From positions 1,088,001 to 1,152,000 of the forward strand of contig CAVPLM010000005.1 in NCBI GenBank assembly GCA_963706025.1: DNA of 64,000 nt, in the 5' to 3' direction. Every line of letters starts with the position of its first letter. Position 1 is the stretch's first letter. The stretch is from an uncultured Actinomycetes bacterium. GTDB lineage: Bacteria; Actinomycetota; Thermoleophilia; RBG-16-64-13. This document shows positions 62,358 through 64,000 of the stretch, in pieces. The notes under the pieces are model-generated. The model saw nothing but the letters and a program-made list of their open reading frames with translations. It was not told the DNA's origin and made no database searches. The position numbers were made by a program, and so were the translations under genes.

Positions 62358-62642
62358 ATGACCAACAAGCACATCGGCAGTGACTTCGACGAGTTCCTGC
62401 GCGACGAGGGCTTGCTCGATGACGCCGAGTCGGTGGCCGCTAAGCGCGTGATCGCCTTCCAGATCGCCCGCGAGATGGAGCGTGCTCACATCACGCAGGC
62501 TGAGCTGGCCCGTCGCATGAAGACCAGTCGTTCGGCTGTCGAGCGCCTGCTCGATCCCGCCAACCCGTCCGTGACGCTTTCCACGTTGGAGCGCGCCGCC
62601 AGCGCGGTGGGCAAGCGCCTGACGGTGCAGTTGAGTGCATAG
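62358..62642 (+). CDS. XRE-HTH antitoxin (HigA-like)
   Basis: MTNKHIGSDFDEFL, ITQAELARRMKTSRS, SVTLSTLERAA. Confidence 0.9.
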   Translation: MTNKHIGSDFDEFLRDEGLLDDAESVAAKRVIAFQIAREMERAHITQAELARRMKTSRSAVERLLDPANPSVTLSTLERAASAVGKRLTVQLSA

Positions 62643-62840
62643 CCGCGGCATTTCTAACAAGCGAATCGAGCAGACGCCCAGAAGGCTCGCGACAGCCTCT
62701 ACCTGCGCTTGCTTGCGAAATACTCAATACAGTGTAATCCTCAAGACCCAGAGCGCTCTTCAGCAAGTGAACTGGCGGCCAGGGTACCTCCGATGGAGTT
62801 CTCGCTGTAGATAGCTACCAGGAGGCTCGCTCTCTGAGTT

Positions 62841-63221
62841 ATGACATCGATCGGTTACAAGCGGCTTAGCACAGGGCCTGATGGCAGGTCGCGCATCGAA
62901 GAGGGTCTGGAGATCGACATGGAGATCCTCGACTTCAGCCCGCCGGCCCCGCCATTCCACGTGTCGTCACATGCACCCGCTTTGGCATACGTGTTCCTCC
63001 GTATCCCGGTTGGGTTCTGGGGAGACTGGCACGTCAGTCCAAAGCGCCAATGGATCTTCTGTCTCCAAGGAGAGATGGAGTATGAAGCCGGGGACGGCAC
63101 AAGATGCGTTCTTTCTCCAGGAGGCTACATGCTGACTGAGGACACGAGCGGCCAGGGACACCGGAGCCGCGTCACAAGCGAGATCGACGCTCTTCTGCTG
63201 GCCGTCCAGTTGGAGCCGTAG
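62841..63221 (+). CDS. Cupin domain protein
   Basis: GPDGRS, DWHVSPKRQW, GEMEYEAGDG, EDTSGQGHRSR. Confidence 0.8.
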   Translation: MTSIGYKRLSTGPDGRSRIEEGLEIDMEILDFSPPAPPFHVSSHAPALAYVFLRIPVGFWGDWHVSPKRQWIFCLQGEMEYEAGDGTRCVLSPGGYMLTEDTSGQGHRSRVTSEIDALLLAVQLEP

Positions 63222-63223
63222 CA

Positions 63224-63604
63224 GTGCTGCTCGAGCGGCTGCCCAACAGGCAGTTCATATCCGAGGCCATCATCCCGGTTGATGCGTCGTTCATCACCTC
63301 GTCCATGTCCAGCGGTGAACCGGGCTTGCCGGCGCGGTTTCGTTGGCGCGATACCGAGTTCGAAGTGGCGGCGGTGCTGGAGAAATGGAAGACGACGGGA
63401 GACTGCCGCCACGGGAGCGGCGAACAGTACGTGCGCAAGCACTGGTTCAGGGTCGAGGTCACCGACGGAACACAGATGGACATCTATTTCGACCGGCAAC
63501 CGCGATCGGGGCGGAACAAGCAGAGATGGTGGCTTGCCACCATTCTAGAGAGGGAGACGGACCAACCTACTATCGGAGAAGGGTTTCATGGAGGTCAGAC
63601 TTAA
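63224..63604 (+). CDS. Hypothetical protein (DUF6504-like)
   Basis: FISEAIIP, GEPGLPARFRWR, E.YVRKHWF, IYFDRQ, WWL. Confidence 0.6.
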   Translation: MLLERLPNRQFISEAIIPVDASFITSSMSSGEPGLPARFRWRDTEFEVAAVLEKWKTTGDCRHGSGEQYVRKHWFRVEVTDGTQMDIYFDRQPRSGRNKQRWWLATILERETDQPTIGEGFHGGQT

Positions 63605-64000
63605 CGCCGGCGGGACGAACTCACTTGCGACCAAGGTCTTCTTCTGCGACGAGGAGGGATTCGAAGTCGCCTCCGTCATCGTCATGGGAAAGACCGATGC
63701 GGTGCTGATCGACGCGCAATGGACGCTGTCCAATGCCCATCGGGTCGTCGCCGAGATACTGGAAACGGGCAAGGATTTGAAAACGATCTACCTCACGCAT
63801 GCGCATCCCGATCACTACTTCGGAGTGGGCACGATCGCGCAGGCGTTCCCCAAAGCCCGGGTGGTGGCGGTACCCTCGGAGGCCGACATCATCAACAAGC
63901 AGTTCTTCGGCAAGATCGAGATCTGGGAAGGCGTGATAGGGGCTCACAACGTCTGTAGAGAGACGGTGACGGTGGAGTCTCTGCACGAAGACCACTTGGA
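63588..64000 (+). CDS. MBL-fold metallo-hydrolase, 5' part (runs off window end)
   Basis: Hand translation from ATG 63588: AVLIDAQWTLSNAHR...IYLTHAHPDHYFG. Confidence 0.85.
   Translation, partial: MEVRLNAGGTNSLATKVFFCDEEGFEVASVIVMGKTDAVLIDAQWTLSNAHRVVAEILETGKDLKTIYLTHAHPDHYFGVGTIAQAFPKARVVAVPSEADIINKQFFGKIEIWEGVIGAHNVCRETVTVESLHEDHL

Noticed and set aside
62652-62845. Complete attC site pairing TTCTAAC (62652) with GTTATGA (62838)
   Set aside because: The span of about 190 bp is too long and arm complementarity is limited to a few bases; only the left arm is credible.

Overview
High-GC, gene-dense chromosomal window from an anaerobic bacterium. Thr-rich-linker lipoproteins and gene content suggest an anaerobic actinobacterium such as Thermoleophilia; this is inference only. 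No rRNA, tRNA, CRISPR array, transposase or integrase was seen. Main blocks: (1) 1-20.5 kb: three minus-strand operons share one 26-bp operator. They encode two tandem pyrogallol-transhydroxylase-like Mo enzymes plus a beta subunit, an amidohydrolase/decarboxylase, MarR, a TRAP transporter, and a module of 6-oxocamphor-hydrolase-like crotonase, 3-hydroxyacid dehydrogenase, SDR and BKACE. Together they look like an undescribed variant of anaerobic trihydroxybenzene (pyrogallol/phloroglucinol) catabolism. (2) 21-34 kb: nitrilase-family gene, PiT/DUF47, a beta-alanine-type catabolic trio and a Liv-type ABC transporter. (3) 34.5-49.7 kb: a C1/methyl-branch cluster, fchA-folD-[cytoplasmic NiFe hydrogenase S+L]-metV-metF-lpdA, followed by a corrinoid methyltransferase set and a GltD-fused selenocysteine formate dehydrogenase. 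The hydrogenase sits where an MTHFR electron partner would be expected. (4) 50-64 kb: proC, radical SAM protein, P-type ATPase, LCP, a YedF/DUF3343/desulfurase trio, stand-alone GMP synthase B subunit, a RelE/XRE TA pair and small accessory genes. Many genes carry single-base frameshifts, densest at 40-48.8 kb. These are most likely uncorrected long-read indels, so coordinates there are approximate.
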